A stretch of DNA of 64,000 nucleotides, from positions 3,188-67,187 of the forward strand of contig JBAZJY010000003.1 of assembly GCA_041651115.1 (NCBI GenBank), written 5' to 3'. This document shows positions 63,322 to 64,000 of this stretch, in pieces. The notes below the pieces were generated by a model. That model was not told the DNA's origin. It did not search any database and worked only from the letters and a program-made list of their open reading frames with translations. Source of the DNA: Candidatus Omnitrophota bacterium (GTDB taxonomy: Bacteria > Omnitrophota > Gorgyraeia > Gygaellales > Profunditerraquicolaceae). Position numbers and translations under genes: made by a program. Position 1 is the stretch's first letter; every line of letters begins with the position of its first letter.

Positions 63322-63735
63322 CTAAACCTTTTTCCTTACGGCTTTTTTAACCGCTTCATTAGCCAATTTATCCGCGCCGCGGTTTTCCTCGCGCGGAATG
63401 TGTTTTATGGAAACCTTCTTGAATCCGGACAGCAAATGCACTGCCTGATTATACAAACCGATGATGCTTTGGCTTTTAACCTTATATTCTTTATTCAACT
63501 GGCGGCAAAGAAGCTGGCTGTCCGATTTGATATTTACCGCTTCCGCCTTGTTAACCAATGCTTCCTGCAGCGCGTAGATGAGCGCCGTATATTCGGCAAA
63601 ATTATTCGTTGCCTCTCCGATATATTCCGAAATGTTTTTTACGACTTCACCTTCCCGGCAGATGACTACGCCAATACCCGCAGGCCCCGGGTTATTCTTT
63701 GAAGCGCCGTCAATATAGATATCAAGCAGTTTCAT
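63322..63735 (-). CDS. rnhA: ribonuclease H (RNase HI-like)
   Basis: IYIDGASKNNPGPAGIGVV...NNFAEYTALIYAL...D are the DEDD RNase H catalytic motifs. 137 aa. Confidence 0.75.
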   Translation of the reverse strand: MKLLDIYIDGASKNNPGPAGIGVVICREGEVVKNISEYIGEATNNFAEYTALIYALQEALVNKAEAVNIKSDSQLLCRQLNKEYKVKSQSIIGLYNQAVHLLSGFKKVSIKHIPREENRGADKLANEAVKKAVRKKV

Positions 63736-64000
63736 CGTCTATATACAATATCCGGTTGCACATTTCGCAAGTAATAATATGGTCATACATTTTTATTAAA
63801 TTTATCACCTGCGGGGGCACGTACATATTGCATCCCTGGCAGGAATTATTTTTTGCCAGGACGATCGCCAAACCGTCACGATTGGCGAGGATCCTTTCAT
63901 ATTGAGTGATTATCTTTGGATCGATCGCCGGCGCGATCTGCTTGCGCTGGCCGTCTAAAACGCTGACCCGGTCGTCAATCTCTTTTACCCTTACCTGGAC
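63725..64000 (-). CDS. C-terminal part of a COG1579-type zinc-ribbon domain protein (partial; N-terminus beyond window end)
   Basis: Reverse-strand translation ...DGLAIVLAKNNSCQGCNMYVPPQVINLIKMYDHIITCEMCNRILYIDDETA has a CxxC...CxxC zinc ribbon. An 11-nt overlap with the rnhA start (ATGAAACTGCTTGA) suggests coupling. Confidence 0.5.

Overview
This 64 kb window looks like a compact bacterial chromosome segment. Coding density is about 90% and 64 of 66 genes are on the minus strand. I suspect an uncultured anaerobe, possibly Omnitrophota-like, but that is a guess.

Housekeeping blocks:
- miaA plus a MiaB-like methylthiotransferase (1-2445).
- tilS, a flavodoxin/ferredoxin fusion and a tRNA(CAT) locus with tRNA-derived fragments (15271-17430).
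- tsaD, a YibQ-family divergent polysaccharide deacetylase, ctpA and gatCAB (37160-43437).
- plsY, pgsA, lepB, lepA and cmk (51830-56146).
- tyrA, DAHP synthase, hisC, pheA, scpB, ruvA, ruvC and yebC (56143-62954).
- rnpB RNase P RNA, rnhA and a partial COG1579-like zinc-ribbon gene (62990-64000).

Specialised blocks:
- A cation P-type ATPase and a K+/H+ antiporter (2432-6686).
- A radical SAM/SPASM enzyme, a pentapeptide+TPR membrane protein, two GT-C ArnT-like membrane glycosyltransferases and a GT2 polyprenyl-phosphate-sugar-synthase-like protein (6677-14416). A third GT-C, a ~1078 aa glycosidase/phosphorylase-like protein and a 925 aa TPR+beta-barrel outer-membrane protein sit at 43474-51243.
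- A partial Wood-Ljungdahl methyl-branch module (35065 down to 29238): acsC, RACo, cooC/acsF, acsD and acsE, preceded by larB. No CODH/ACS genes are in the window.
- The most unusual locus is a two-partner-secretion island (17430-29238). It holds a secreted HExxH protein, a HAMP membrane protein, a SurA_N lipoprotein and a 1560 aa TpsA. Next come an ECF sigma factor fused in-frame to a zf-HC2 anti-sigma domain, a second 533 aa TpsA, and a TpsB transporter. The first ~290 aa of the two TpsA proteins are clearly similar, and they end in the same ~50 aa tail. A DgkA kinase fused to a periplasmic POTRA-like domain sits between acsE and tpsB, translationally coupled to both.

Non-coding structure I could see:
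- A tRNA(CAT) gene with an apparent A19-U56 covariation.
- A bacterial type-A RNase P RNA.
- A family of ~76 bp nested palindromic intergenic elements, two copies.
- A genome-wide heptanucleotide tandem repeat (GTYARGK on the mRNA strand). It fills operon-internal junctions as tandem Shine-Dalgarno-like motifs and also occurs in-frame inside gatA and the MiaB-like gene.
- A ~135 nt telomere-like GGTTAGG/CCCTAACC inverted repeat immediately upstream of the SD-less lepA start.

No CRISPR array, integrase or transposase was recognised. All calls rest on reading motifs by eye. No searches were run.
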